DNA from: Phaeosaccion multiseriatum | Taxonomy: Eukaryota; Protista; Ochrophyta, other classes | Length of the DNA stretch: 64,000 bases | NCBI GenBank assembly: GCA_965112735.1 | Contig: OZ218951.1 | Coordinates: 4,774,001-4,838,000 of the forward strand | Direction of reading: 5' to 3' | Shown: in pieces, positions 1 to 13,700 of the stretch | How the letters are laid out: each line of letters starts with the position of its first letter | Position numbering within the stretch: the stretch's first letter is position 1 | Notes under the pieces: generated by a model | What the model was told of the DNA's origin: nothing | Database searches by the model: none | What the model saw: the letters and a program-made list of their open reading frames with translations, nothing else | Translations under genes and position numbers: made by a program

Positions 1-172
1 CGGGGTGACCTTGCTTTTCCATGAACGCCAATGAAAGAGTTACACAAGTGAAGGCGAACAAGAGACAAACCCCTTCCCCCTTTTTCTGTGGTTGCGTTGC
101 CTGTGATCCCCCTCCAAGGCATGCCATGCTGCCCCCCTGGGTGCTGCCGCCGTTCGTGCTTGCCCCAACGCC
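1..172. repeat. Inverted dispersed repeat of 23955..24108 (3' flank of ankyrin gene ANK4)
   Basis: 1..~172 is a diverged reverse complement of 23955..24108 (cggggtgaccttgcttttcc vs ggaaaagcaaggtcaccccg; ccaaggcatgccatgctgcccccctgggtgctgcc), with one ~15-bp indel. Confidence 0.9.
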
Positions 173-895
173 TCCCATTATCCGAGAGTCGCCCCCACAC
201 AGCTATTTGCCCCATTCCTTCCTCCCCTCATCGTTTCATCCAAGTCTTCGGCCGCTGCTGGCGGGCTGGGGATCGGTGAGGTCTACTTCGGGGGTATGGG
301 AGCTCAAAGCTGCCAGGCAGGCCGCAGTCGTGAGTCATATGGGCCGGAGGGGGAGATGGAGAGAGACGGAGGGGCAGTCGTGAGTCATATCCAAGGAGTC
401 TTCGCCGATCTGAAAGTGTCAAAGTGCTTTGAGCCATAGACCTGCACAATCCCCCAGAGTGTGTGTGCACCGCTTCTTCTCTCGCTCCTCTGCTGATTCC
501 AATACTCCCTCTCACAGCAGCCAGGCAGAGCAAGCAACAAGCAACGCCAGCCTTCTCCACTCATGGCCCTGTGCTACTGTGGCACGTACACACTCCATCA
601 CTCCTTTTGACGAGCCGCATCCTCGCCCCCCCCGTCCTGCCCGCTTGCTTCTCGTGCTTTCCCTCGAACAAGCAACTAGCTATGACAATGACACCCCCCC
701 GCCGCCCGCCCCCCCCCGAACTATTCTGCACCCCACCCCCCCCCCGTGCGCTTGCACTCTTCGCTCCGCCTCTCGGGTGGCTCTGGCTGTGCCTAGCTAC
801 TCCTGGCTGCCTGAAGCCGTGTGCTGTCCACCGGAGCTCTCGCACCAGGCAGGGCGGGCGATGACCCCAGCGACTCCCCTACCACCCTTCTAAGG

Positions 896-2170
896 TTACA
901 AGTAGAGCTCTTCAGAAGGAATCCCCTCCAGCGCGAGCAGCTCAACGGCAATCTCATCCAGCGCTTCGGGGCGAATCCCCCTCTGCAGTGGGCCCCCTTG
1001 CGCCTGCTGTGGACTGCGCCCCTCCGTCTCCCAAACGACGCGATGGCAGATCCGCATCATGTCCGCCACGTCCAGCGAGTCAAAGAAGCGCCCATCAGCA
1101 GCCACAAGGCCACGGACAACTTCATCAAGGCCCTGTTCGCGAGCCCGAGCCAGAGCCTCGGCAACGGAGGCCCCTGCCGCAAGCAGTTCTTGCACGGCCT
1201 CCTCGTTGTCTCTGCTCGCGGCGTCCAGCAGGGCGGTTTTAGGTGGAGAGCCTCTTATCCTGTCCACCTTCGCCCCAGCATGGACTAACACACGAATCAC
1301 CTTCGCATGGCCCTTCGAAGCTGCCACATGAAGCGGAGCGCTCCCGATGGTTGTCAAAAGGTCTACTGTTGCGCCTGCCGATAGCAGGGCCTCCACTACA
1401 GCACAATGGCCTCCTTGAGAAGCAAGAAAAAGGGGCGAAAACATGTCTTCACCTCCGACTGCATCGATGCACGCGCCAGCCGCAAGCAGAACACTCACTG
1501 TCGAGAGATGGCCATGATGGGCTGCGAAATGCAGAGCTGTTCGGGAGAGGGTATCCCTGCTCTCACTGTCCGCGCCACACGCAAGCAGCTGTCGAGCAAC
1601 GGCAGCATGGCCTGCTTCACAAGCCTCATGTAAGGGGGTGGAGCCCCCTTCATCTGCTGGATCCCTCTCTGCACCTGCGAGAAGCAGCTGCTGGACAATG
1701 CCTAAATGACCTCCTCCCGATGCCGCATGTAGCGGTGTCCAGTCCGCCGTGGTCGCCAAATTCGGGTCGGCATCAGCGGACAGCAGCTTCTCCACAACCC
1801 TCCCATGCCCAGCCCAGGCGGCATCATGCAGCGGCGTCGCACCAGTCTCGTCCATCGGATCAATGGCAGCGCCAAGAGAGATCAAATGGTGCACCATGGC
1901 TTCCAGGCCGAATCTGCTGGCCACATGCAGGGCACTCGAGCCGCCTGGCCCTGCCGTCCTGTCTATAGACGCCCCTTCTTCAAACAGCATCCCAACCACA
2001 CCAACTCGGTCGTTCGCGGTGGCCAGAATCATTGCTGTGCTCCCCCCTCCATCGATGGTCTCGTCCAGGCATGTCTTGTTTCCTCCGCTCTTCCGAATCA
2101 ACGCCCTCGCAGCTTCGCGGATGCTCTTGGTGCGCTCCCCACACGCGATGGCCTGAAAAAGTCGCTTGGC
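896..2170 (-). CDS. Ankyrin-repeat protein ANK1 (main exon; about 10 repeats; first exon unresolved)
   Basis: ORF 896..2215 has tandem ankyrin repeats (GATPLHDAAWAGHGRVVEKLL etc.). The acceptor aaacag|GCC at 2170 is at the same position as in its paralogues. N-cap (ALIRKSGGNKTCLDETID) and C-cap (ADGRFFDSLDVADMMR) are related to the other seven genes. Confidence 0.9.
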   Translation of the reverse strand, partial: AKRLFQAIACGERTKSIREAARALIRKSGGNKTCLDETIDGGGSTAMILATANDRVGVVGMLFEEGASIDRTAGPGGSSALHVASRFGLEAMVHHLISLGAAIDPMDETGATPLHDAAWAGHGRVVEKLLSADADPNLATTADWTPLHAASGGGHLGIVQQLLLAGAERDPADEGGSTPLHEACEAGHAAVARQLLACGADSESRDTLSRTALHFAAHHGHLSTVSVLLAAGACIDAVGGEDMFSPLFLASQGGHCAVVEALLSAGATVDLLTTIGSAPLHVAASKGHAKVIRVLVHAGAKVDRIRGSPPKTALLDAASRDNEEAVQELLAAGASVAEALARAREQGLDEVVRGLVAADGRFFDSLDVADMMRICHRVVWETEGRSPQQAQGGPLQRGIRPEALDEIAVELLALEGIPSEELYL

Positions 2171-3316
2171 CTGTTTAGAAAGGGAGCGTCGCTTGGCGTC
2201 AGCGCAGCAGCACATCGAGAGGGGGGTGGTGGCCAGGCACGGAGGGAAACAGCCAGCTCGCTCGCGCCATGTTTTAGACTGTTGCTCTAGCTATCATTTG
2301 CTTGGGGGGCTGGAAGACTGATGACGGGGTGACATAGGATGAGGAAAGCAGCGGGAAGGCACAACACACCCCGCCCCAGCGTCGCTCGCAGCCTCGCTCA
2401 CCTCCTTTGTCTCGCAAAAGGCTCTTCTCTCCATCTCGTCTCAGCCAGAGGAACCTTCGCTCAAGCCCAGCCCCGCCGCCCCCCTGTGATCGCCAGGCAG
2501 AGATAGATAGATAGAGAGAGAGAGAGAGAAAGAGAGACACCCGCAGGAACCAGGACTGCGACTCTCAAGCAAGGCCGGAGCCTCACAGTCGCCACACGTA
2601 CGGGCGGGGGCCCTACTAGAGAAGCCGATACAAGCGCCCTATCTGTGAGCACCGGCCGGACTCACACTTTGTGCATCAGGCAGCAGGCAACCGAGTATAG
2701 TGTGTAGAGTTGGATGAAGAATGGGGCAAGGAACCGCTGCTTCGGCCTACTTCCTGTAAGGGACGGATCTTGCAGCAGCGAGGAGGGACCTGTCTTGGTC
2801 ATGTAGCCATCGTTTCCCCCTACCAAATGTGTTTTGTGCACACTATCCCGCTTGGCCAACGCGGACTATCTCTCCTCCCTCTCTCCTCTCCTCTCCTCTC
2901 ACTATCTAAGCGTCGTATCCTGTTCGGTCCCGCGTGCTTCGCGTCCTCTTGCCTTCTACTCTATTCACAGTGCGTTGATTTCGCGCTTCGCCTTCTGCCC
3001 TCTCAGATGGACGCCTGCGCTAACAAGTCAAAGCCGCTCTACTCGCGTCGCGTACTCATTCCACTTCATGAGCTCGCCTTCCCGCCCGCTTCTCGAAGAG
3101 CAAGCGAGGTGAAAGCCTGGAGGGAATACTATTGATTACACGTTTCTCCCTCCTCTGTCCGGCAGATGAACGCAAAGGCTGTAAGGGGTACCTCTCTCGC
3201 TGCTCCTTCTGATATAGACTGCCTGACTGGCACAAGCGAGAGTGGCGCTACTTTTTCATCTCTTAAGGTCGTGGTTGCCCTGCCATCCCCCGCATCGCTC
3301 ATTCCCTCCTACTCGC

Positions 3317-4752
3317 TCATCCCATCTCCTCCGCCATGCTCTCCCATGTCTCGCTCTGCACCCCCCCGGGCCTCTCCAGCGGCAGGATTCCGCTCTCCTT
3401 GCCGAAGGTCGGATCCGTCCTTCGCATGAGGTCCAGCGCGGTTTGGGACCGGAAGAAGGCTGCTGCCGCCTCCATAAGTCGCTGCTCGATGCCGAGGCCG
3501 GGCTGACACCGCCGTGCCCCAGCCAAGGCCTTGTCCACCGAAGCACCGGCCGAGAGGAGCTGCCGCGCAGTCCCGTGCTGGTGTCTGCTGATGGCAGCAA
3601 GGAGAGGGGTGGCTCCGCTTGATGCCGTGATATCGATGAGGGATCCCGCAGAGATGAGACGAGCGACGACGGCCTCGTGCCCAAACTGCGCGGCGAGGTG
3701 GAGGGGTGCAACGCCCTTGTGGGTCCTTTTGTCCACACGTGCTCCCGCAGAGAGAAGCTTTCCCACCCCGGTGTCGTGTCCATGTTGAGAGGCAACGTGG
3801 AGAGGAGTGAAACCGTCGAGGTCAGCCTTGTCGATGCTGGCGTGGGCCCTGATGAGCTGCTGTACAACGCCCCCATAAGCGGAGTATTCCCTTGATTATC
3901 TGCGTTGTCCACATCCGCTTGGGCTGAGATGAGGTGCCTTATAACAGAGGTATGCCCGAAGTGAGAGGCAACATAAATCGGAGAAAAACCCTGCTCCTCC
4001 CTCAAGTCGGCATTAGCACGCGCCGAGAGCAGCCGCTGCACTATCGTGGATTGCCCCTCTTGCGATGCCGCGATCAAGGGAGTGACTCCTGTGGCATTCG
4101 CTTGGTCGACAGGTACTCCAATGTCCAACAGCCGCCTCACCACCTATCGTGTCCGTTGCTGCTCGCCAGTATAATCAATGGCGTGTGTCCAGAGGGTCCC
4201 CCTCTGGTGCTGAACGAGGCCCCTTCCCGCAGCAGCAGGTCCACGATATCCAACCGACCGTGTCGTGCACTCCCAAGTAATGCGACGTGTCCATTGTCAT
4301 CGATATGCTGATCCAAGCTCGCTTTGCCTTGTTTGGTGACAAGCTTCTTAACCAGCGCTCTCACAGTGGCAAAGCTGTCTCCTCTTTCCAGAGCCTGTCC
4401 GAGTCGCCGCGCCTGGTGTTGAGAGCAACACGTTCGGGGGAGACACGTACATTCATGGGATAAAAGGGATCAGCAGGCGGTTGCGCTTCGGAAGCGTCAG
4501 CTGAGCTTTCCACCCCAGCTATCGTATCCGCACCTCCTCCCTCATCTCGGCTTCCACCCCAGTTAACCTATCCGTAGCGCCCCCCCTTGCTTTGCTCTCT
4601 CCGAAACACAGAGGCTATCTTACTGTGCTTCAAAAGCGGGAGAGAGACGCATACACCGGATAAAAGGGGATAAGAGGAAGTGGATGAAGCACGAAGGATT
4701 CGCAGAGGAGGGGGCTAGGTCGTACCTCGGGTGTTAGTGCTGCCTGCTGCAC
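3317..4752 (-). pseudogene. Ankyrin-repeat pseudogene ANK2 (ANK5-8 subfamily)
   Basis: Exon 1 remnant VQQAALTPE|gtacgacc ends at 4726, with the CACCATG start deleted. Intron 4413..4725; exon 2 4412..3317. A 1-nt deletion near 4146 and a ~22-nt deletion near 3867 shift the frame. The C-terminus FFRSQTALDLMRRTDPTFGKES...EEMG is near-identical to ANK5-8. Confidence 0.85.
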
Positions 4753-5087
4753 CAGCAAGCGCTCCCCCCCATGAGGCGACGAGCTAACGAATGTAGAGGG
4801 ACGGCTTATACCCCCCTCCTCCATCCGCGAGCTAGGAAAAGAGAAAAGGAAGGAGGGAGAGAAGGAGGGGGACGCCTCGAACGCCGCCGGATCATCCCTC
4901 GGCTGCCATCCCTCAACTCTTCTGTGTAATCGGATCGTACTCGGGTAGCCGGAATGCAGCAATAATAGTAGTATAGGCGTTTACACCATTCGCAAGATGC
5001 TTCAGGGGATGGCAGGAGAAAAACAGGGCGGCGGCTGATGAGGGAAGGAGGGCAAGAGAAGTCTCACTCGTGGATCTTACGGCGCCC

Positions 5088-6057
5088 ATGTCTGCATTGC
5101 TGGGTTCTTGCGTCCCGCCCTGCGAACTAGGGACGGGACATGCAAGGAGGACCAATGGGAAATCCCTTAGGAGCGGGGGTGGCGGTGGTGAAGAGCCGCG
5201 GAATCAACCCTGTCTTCAGAGCCTTGTTCGGAAGCTGGTAAGCACATGCCCTGTGAATAGGCAACCCACCCTTCTTCAGAGCCTTGCAAGATAGTGTAAA
5301 GCAACAAACGAAGGATGTTGGCGAGCAGGACGGCCGCAGACAGGCTGCAATTCTTTTTGCTTTGTGCTCTTAACCTCTTCCCTCGCTTTCCTCCATGGAG
5401 TGTCCTGGTTCAAGTTGCCGGTGTTTACCCACCAAAGAGAAGAACACATAACCTGCCCCGTCCTAACTCTACTACATCTCTTTGTAACCACACTCTGTCC
5501 ATACGCACTCCCCATTGACCCTCCCCCCTCCCCCGTCCCTTCAGGAAGCTGGCCTTGGTGGGAGAGGGGACAGTGGCGACGCGGCAGCTCTCCACAAGGC
5601 AGAGACCTTCACTCTGCTGGTGGAGCAGCTTCGAGGCATCTCTACACACATCGACACGTGCAGAAACGGATGCCCTCTGGGTAGCCGAGAGCGACGCGTG
5701 CTGGTGGACCAATTGGAGGCATACAGGCAGCTCAAAGCATACCACCAGGAGCAGCAGCAGCAGCAGCAGGAGCATCAGGAGCAGCAGTACCGTCCGTTAC
5801 CTTCGCTTGAGGCGGATGAGGAAGAGTAAGTGCTGTCCACGGGTGCACACCCACACACAATGCTCTCCTCCTAGTCAGAGAATCCCTCTTTTATCGTCTT
5901 GTTCTGTACTCCTCTCGTGTAAGCCTGACATGCTCCCTCCAAAACTCGTCGTGCTCTCTCCCCCCACCCCCCCCTCTCCTCTCTCTCTCTCTCACGCTCT
6001 CTCTCTCTCTCACGCTCTCTCTCTCTCTCTCACGCTCTCTCTCTCGGTCTCTCTCTC

Positions 6058-6101
<44 letters not shown>

Positions 6102-7954
6102 CCCCTCTCTCTCACGATCTCTCTCTGTCTGTCTGTGTGTATGTGTGCGTGTTCTGTGCATGTGTCACATGTACGCCATCAGGACGCTTGCGCTACGCCT
6201 CGACTTCGCCTATCTCCCCGCGAGAGGCCGGAGCTCCACACTTCACAGCAGCAGCATCAGCACCGAGCGGAGGCGGAGGAGGTCAGCAGCAGCGGAGAAA
6301 GCAGCGGCAACAGCAGCGGTAGCAGCAGCCGTCGGGAGAGGGAGATTGGACAAAGAGGGGGGGTGGATGGGCGGCGCTGCTCACCGGGAAGGAGGGTTGC
6401 TAACGTCAGGGGGGGAAGGAGTGGAGGGCGGAGAAGGAGGCGGAGGCGCAGGAGGAGGTGGAGGAGGAGGAGGAGGAGGAGGGGGGGGAGCGGAGGGAGG
6501 AGAGGGGGGCTTGTCGGGAAGTGGGAGCAGCAGCAGTGACTTTGTGTACACGCTCGCACCCACGGCTCCAGGGTTACGTAAGAGCTGCGTAATAAATAGA
6601 GTGCGCGCAGGACTACGGGTGACCTTCAAGTGCCATCTGCAGGCAGAGGTTATCGTGGACGAGGCAGCAGCCGCCGCAGCAGGGGCCGGGGTGGGAATCG
6701 TCAGTGAAGGGTGGCGAGGAGGAGGAGGAGGAGCAGGAGGAGGAGGGGGAGGAGAAGGAGGAGGAGGAGGAGGAGGAGGAGGAGGGGACGGGCAAAAGCG
6801 GAGTCGCCCGAGCGCAGTGAAGCCTCCGCCCCGGAGTGGAGGGGGTGGGATGCTGGAGATGGGCAGCTCACTGATGCGGAATAGGTGGGTGAGGGGAGTG
6901 AGGGAGGGAGGGAGGGAGGGAGGGAGGGAGACATGGAGCGAGGGAGGGAGAGTTTGAAGGAGTGCGGGGGGGTGGGGGTGGGAGAGAGGGAGGGAGGGGG
7001 GAGAGGGACGGAGGGAGTGAGTGGGAGATGGAGGGAGGTACGGAGGGAGGGAGGGGGGGAGGGAGGGATGGATGGAGGGAGGGGGGGAGGGAGGGAGCGC
7101 GGAGGGCGGGTGAGGGAGAGAGGGAGGGATGGAAGGGCGGGGATAGGGAGGGAGGGAGTGGGTAGGTGAGGGGGTGAGGCAGTGGTTGGGTGCGTGCGTG
7201 GGTGGGTTGGTGTGTGGGTGGGTGAGGGTGGAAAAGAGGGAGGGATGGAGAGAGGCAGGGAGGGAGGGAGGCAGGGATCGAGTGAGCTATGAGTGAGAGC
7301 GGTGTTCTAGAGGTCGAGCCCGCGGAAGCAGAGAGGAAACGACCAGTAGGAAGAGGTGGGCGTGTGCCTGCGCCTGTGTGGTAGGTGGCTTGGAGGAAGG
7401 GCTTCCGCTTGCAGCTTAGAAGTCTATTTTTTTCTCCCCTTTGGCGGGGAAGGGAAATGCACCACACCTGCTTCCACATCCCCATCTCACCCCACTTCTT
7501 GCCCCTCTGAAACACCTCACTCCTCCTCCTCCTCCTCCTCCTCCTCCTCCTCTCCCTCCTCCTCCCCGCCCCTCCTACTCCTCCTCCTCCTCCTCTTCCT
7601 CCCACCTCCGCTGTAGATCCTACCTACCGTCAATCGGGAGCAGCAACACCGGGCCTAGCACCAACACTAGTGGCGGTAACAACAACAACAACAGCAACAG
7701 CAACAGCACCAACAACTCCACCCACACCACCAACGCCAACACCACCAACGCCACAAGCTTCGGAGGTAGCCCCATCAGCTCCTCCACCCGCCTCCCCTCA
7801 CTCAAAGACTCTCTGAAGGACAACGCGCGCTTCCTCCTCAGCACGAGAAGGAGCAGGAGCTCGTCAGCTGCCAAGGCTCTCTCACACGTGTGGAACGCCC
7901 CTGGGGGGTTCAAGGACAAGGCGGCATTGGCCAGAGTCAGTACGCTGCAGGTCG

Positions 7955-7987
<33 letters not shown>

Positions 7988-8024
7988 TAGGTGTGGGTGT
8001 GTGGGTGGGTTGGTGGGTGGGTGT

Positions 8025-8083
<59 letters not shown>

Positions 8084-10290
8084 TGTGCGTGTGTGGGTGG
8101 GTGTGCGTGTGTGTCATGTACTGGAGTGTGTACTTGAATAGACCAGATGCCCCTTCCCCCCCAGATGGCACGAAATGAATGACCAACGCGCACACGCTCC
8201 TCACAGGTGGACCTCGAGAACGCTGAAGGTGCGCGCGCTCCTGTCACGATCACGATTGTCAGCGGCTCCTTGCTGCACACTCACGCACAGGGAGGGAGCA
8301 AGAAGGACGGGGGAGGGATGGGAGGGGGAGGGGCCGGGGGGTCGCCCTTGGGCGACGACAGCAGCGCATGGAGGTGTGTGTATGTATGTGTGTGTGTGTA
8401 TGTGTGTGTATGTGTGTGTATGTGTGTGTATGTATGTATGTGTGTGTGCGTGTGAGCGCGTTCGTGCGTGGGCTCACATGCCTGCCCACACAAGGAGCCG
8501 CATGGCCCGACCAACCTTAGGGCCTGCCCCTTCGGCCTTCGCTGCCTCCGCCACTGTAATGCTACTGCTGCTGCTGCTGCTGCCGCCGCCGCCTCTGCCC
8601 CCACCACTGTGCTGCTGCTGCTGCTGCTGATTACCACTGCCTGTTCTTTAATTGACCCGCGCCCTTCCCTCCCTCCCTTGCCTGCCACCCTCCCTCCCTC
8701 CCTCCCTCCCTCTCCTCTGCCCCCCTACCTACCTACTCCAGCTCATCCGTGGTGGTGCATGTGGCGTCCGTAGGCAACGACCGCCTGCTTGACCTCACTG
8801 CCGTTGTGCCAGACCCCTCAGCCTCAAGGCAGGTGCGAGCCGGCGTCTTGCGTAGGCTGGAGGAGGTGCATCACCAGTTGGTGATACAGCAGGGGGGCCC
8901 AAACAATGCCTCCTCCTCTTCGTCCTCCTCTTCCTCCTCTCAGCCGGCGAGCGGGGCGCTTTTCAGCGGAAAGGGGGGATCTCCAGGGGGGATCGGAGGA
9001 AACAAGAGCAGAAAGCTTGAGGCGGAAGCCGCAGCAGCAGCAGCAGCAGCAGCAGGAGGAGGAGGAGGAGGGGCTGTAATCTCAGCCTCAGCTTCTTCCT
9101 CAACCTCTTCTTCCACCGATACCGCCATCCCTGTCCCCGTGGCCCCCTCCTCCTCGTCCTCCTCCCCCTCCCCCTCCTCCTCCCCTCCTCCTCTACCCAC
9201 TTCCTCCCCACGCTCGCCTGCGGAAGTGAGCACGGCATGGGAAGGCGTACTGCAGTGGGCCTTTGCCGAATGTTATCGCACGGGAGGAGTGGCTCCTCTG
9301 GGCTTTCTCTGCCTCAAAAGCAAAGTGCCCCGCTGGAGTGCGTGGGAGAGTTGCTACACACTCTACTTTGAAGCGGGCGTGGAGAGGGTCAGGGAACCGT
9401 CTCGGAAGAACATTTGTCTGGCGGTGGTACCAAAGTCCACGTATGCATCGTCGTCATCCAACAGCAACAATTGGCGACCGCAGCAGACGCGATTGGGGAG
9501 GGGCAGGCTCTCTCCTCCACGACCACACAACAACACGGGCAAGGGAGGAGGAGGAGGAGGAGGAGGAGAAGGAGCGATGGGTAGCAGCGCCAGGATGAAT
9601 GGAACCAAGGGCGGCGGGGTTCGACGCACCCAATCCTGTACGTAATGTGTCTCGTTTGTTAGGCTCCCTCTTCACCCACCCCGCACATGCACACACAATC
9701 CCTTGCTTCGTGCCTGCCATCACCACCGCTGACATGGTACCCCCCTCTCCCCCTCCACCCTTTTGGTGGCTGGGTGCTCTTGGGTGGGCGGGTGAGTGGG
9801 TGCCTACTTTTGGGGCTTCTGCTCACTCTTTTGGGTACACTTCTGCTTCCGACCCAGTCTCGTGCTACGATTTACTCACTCACTTCCACTGCTGTGCCGC
9901 CCCTCTCACAACCCTATCCACACTCCACACTTCCTCTCTGCTTCCATGGCACACACTCGCCACAACCAACACACACAAAACACGCACATACACACGCGAA
10001 CCCATACACGCACACGCACACACAAACGCACACACACACGCACACACACACACGCACACACACAACACACACTCACGCACAAACACACACGCACCCACAC
10101 ACACGCACAAACACTATTAGGGAGCGGCGGTGACTCGGTCCCTCGAGAGTCCCCCGACGAAGTGCTCCGCGGCTCTCCGATGGTGCTGCAGATGGGCAAG
10201 CTCACGGACGATTGCTTCTCTCTAGACTTCACAAGCCCGCTCTCTGCTCTGCAGGCCTTCGTCATTGCCATGGCTGCGCATGACAGTTGA
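5088..10290 (+). CDS. Tubby-family (Tub domain) protein, multi-exon, with low-complexity insertions
   Basis: Exons 5088..5237, 5545..5825, 6183..6884, 7617..7950, 8207..~8373, ~8774..9637 and 10121..10290 are phase-consistent except for one unresolved junction (~8373-8774). Tub motifs: FLLSTRRSR, LKSKVPRWSAWESCYTLYF...RVREPSRKNICL, and C-terminal VLQMGKLTDDCFSLDFTSPLSALQAFVIAMAAHDS. Confidence 0.85.
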
Positions 10291-10791
10291 GGGGCAGAAG
10301 CGATGGTAGCTCAAGGAGCAAGGGATGGCAGCTAGTGGTTGCGGCAGTGGGGGTGTTCGTGGTGGTGGGGGTGGTGACGGTGATGGGTGGGGACGGTGGG
10401 GTGGTGGGATTGTTAAACGTGATACCACGCATTATTGCACGTACATTATTGCTCCTTTTTGCGGAATATCTTTGGACTGCCCCAGCAAAAGAGCGGGAAA
10501 ATCCTTTAGAAAAAGAAATAGAAACGGTTGTTTGCGATGCATGTTTTCGTACATTGATAGAGAAATACAAATTAAAAGAAAAGAAGGATTGGTCGTGCTT
10601 GTGGACAGAAGAGACGCAGCCCTCGTCCTGCACAATTGAATGGGGTCGGTCTGGGGGCATCGACATGGCGTATCGAGTATCGACATGTGAAGCCGCCGAT
10701 GATATGAACATGAATGGATTAGGTACGTATGCCCCCCAGCCGCATAGCCCCTCTGGACCCCACCCCCTTCTCTCTCTCTCTCTCTCTCTCA

Positions 10792-13700
10792 TCAGTCGTC
10801 ATCGTCGGAGCTGAGCGAGAGATCAATCACGTCGGCCGCTCGTGCCACCAACTGCTGCTGTACCACCAACTGCCGCCCCTGCTGCTGCTGCTGCTGCTGC
10901 TGCTCGTCGTGATCCTCAGAGTCAGAGTCTCGACTTGGGCGGTTCCAACACCCGCTTGTCCCGCCCCCCGCTCCTCTCCCTCTGCTGCTGCTGCTGCTGC
11001 GGCTCGCTCCTGGAGCGGCAAAGGCTGCTGTTGTTGCCTGCTGCTGCTGTCTAAAGGCTGCTGTTGTTGCCTGCTGCTGCTGTCTAAAGGCTGCTGTTGT
11101 TGCCTGCTGCTGCTGTCTTTCCCGGTCAAGAAGCTGCCCTGCCGACACCCCCCTCACCGCGCTTCCGCTGCTGCCGCCGCCCCCCCCCCCTCCTCCTCCT
11201 CCCCCACCCTCCCCTGTGACGGTGGCAGCCCGACCCTCGAGTCTGAGCACCGCTTCCCTCTCCCGGTCCTTGATAGCCTGCACAAAGGCCGGCGCGTTGG
11301 CAAACAGGGACTCCACACTCGCTCGCAGCGACGGAAAGTCGTGGAAGGCTTGCACGTCATTCCGCATCCACTGCGCCAACCACCGGTGGAACCTGCCCCT
11401 TGCGCCACTTCCGTAGCGAGCATCCACCAGGAAGATTGTTCCGTAGTCCAGTCGGTGCCGAATGCACCGCCCAAGGGCCTGATTCACCGCCTGAAACGCC
11501 TCTCGATTGTACCAGAGGTCTCCGCCCTGAGATGCATTGGCACTTCCCCCCCCCATGCGAGTCACTGTGTCCTCAATGGACCTCCAAAGCGCCTGCCTGC
11601 CCCAAGCTGCCATCGTCTCCTCCTTCATCGCCCACGTGTTGAAGTCCATCTTCATCTTCACCTCGGCCCCCAAGCCGGGCAGGGGGATACCCAAACAGAT
11701 GACCCCCCGTGCATAGTCATCATCAAAGCTTATCCCCTCCGACATTTTGGCGCGAAACACCGCAAGGAGCATGGCCCGACTGTCCCTCTCAATGGCCTCG
11801 TGGTAGAGCCTCTTGTCCCTGGCAAACGACTCCTTGTCCTCCTTGATGATGGTCTTTTTGAGATCGTAGAGCTGCTGTAAGATGGTGGGGGAGGGCCCGC
11901 TGCGCCAGGCATCCCACAGCTGATCGAGTCTGCGGTAGCTCGGGACGAAGACCAGCACACCGCCGGGTATCTACAGGTGTATGGGGGGGCGAGGGAGATC
12001 AGAGATAAGAGTTGAGAGAGTAGAGAGGGAGAGAAACATGAAGAAAGGGGAGACCCACGGAGATAGAGATAGAGAGTAAAGCAGAGAGTGAGAGGGAAAG
12101 GAAGAACGCCTTCTACCCTACCCTACCCTACACCCTATACCTGACACCCAATACCGTATACCTTGGATGCCAGAGCGAGCACGGTGAGGCCGAGGTCCGT
12201 CAAGAAGGATCCATCGAAGTTGGAGGAGATGCATCGAAGCTCCTTGCCCCGTGGGGATGAAGGCACCTGCGAGTCACACAGAGGATACAGTGCACAGGGC
12301 ACAGGACACAGAGCAGAGGGCAGAGGACAGAGGACAGAGGACAGAGGGCAGAGGGAAGAGGACAGAGGGCAGAGGGCAGAGGGAAGAGGACAGAGGGCAG
12401 AGGGCAGAGGGCAGAGGGCAGAGGACAGAGGGCAGAGGGCAGAGGGCAGAGGACAGAGGGCAGAGGGAAGAGGACAGAGGGCAGAGGACAGAGGGCAGAG
12501 GACAGAGGACAGAGGGCAGAGGGCAGAGGGCAGAGGGCAGAGGACAGAGGACAGAGGACAGAGGACAGAGGGCAGAGGGCAGAGGACAGAGGGCAGAGGA
12601 CAGAGGGCAGAGGGCAGAGGGCAGAGGGCAGAGGGCAGAGGGCAGAGGGCAGAGGCCAGAGGGCAGAGGGCAGAGGGCAGAGGACAGAGGGCAGAGGGCA
12701 GAGGGCAGAGGGCAGAGGTAAGGAGAGGTAGGGCACCAGCATGACGAGGGAGGCGAAGCGAGCACAAGGCAAGAGAGAGAGAGAGGGGGGGGGAGGGAGG
12801 GAGGGAGAGAGAGTGAGAGAGATGAGGCCATAAGCAGTCAGAAGAGAGGCAAAGAGGGCCAGAAGGAGACGCACAGACAGGCAAAGAGAGGCCGCTGGCT
12901 GAGAGAAAGACACCCCACCCTACCCTTGTCGGACACTGCAACATCGAAACATCACGACATCGATGTCTGATATCGATACCCCCTTACGCCCCCTCACGTA
13001 AGTACGTACCTCATAGATGACCATCTGCCTCCTCTTGTCCACCACATGGTCTGCCTCCACCTCCCCCTCGGGGTGCAGTCTCTCGGAGAAGGCCCTTCCA
13101 AGCTCCCATTTGAGGAAGGGCAGGGGAGAGAGGGTACCGCTCATCAGCACCACGCTCCGGGCATCCTTGGCCACGCTGTGGGTGAGGGTGATGGCAGCAG
13201 ATGGGTCACAGGAGACGGCAGCGGACGGCGGAGTAGATAACACTATACCACGTCAGTGTATGGCGATGTAACCCATACGAAGGTGTATGTCAGTGGGATG
13301 GCAATTCACAACCTCCCATACCCCATACCTCATACCCCTTTGCCTTAATCTTATACCCTTCCACACCAACACCAAAGCCAACAGCACGCACAATTCACAG
13401 CCGACACACACTCACTCTACACCACCAACGCCAATACCAACATCACACCTGTCGAAGATGGGCTCCGGGTTCATGAGCAAAATGTTGAGTGTACACGTGT
13501 ACTCGGGCGTCTGTCCCTTCATCCTGTTGTTGTGCGAGCGAAACACCTTCCTGCCCCACTCTTTGCTACAGCAGCCCCTCCCCTCTCGTTGAAACTCTGT
13601 GTGCCACGGCTTCATGTCCCTCGAGTTCTTCTTGCGCAGGAGCATGATGCTATAGAGCTCGGGTACCTGAAGGTGAGGGAGTTGGTGATACACAGGGAGG

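Noticed and set aside
2241-2270. MARASWLFPS as first exon of ANK1
   Set aside because: The length (30 nt) and phase fit, but the donor gtgcct is weak and similarity to the other first exons is marginal; left unresolved.
12135-12944. Long repetitive ORFs (LCPLPSA, GQRAEGR, PYPTL, CVCV, THTH etc.) as proteins
   Set aside because: They are translations of intronic microsatellites bounded by GT-AG sites.
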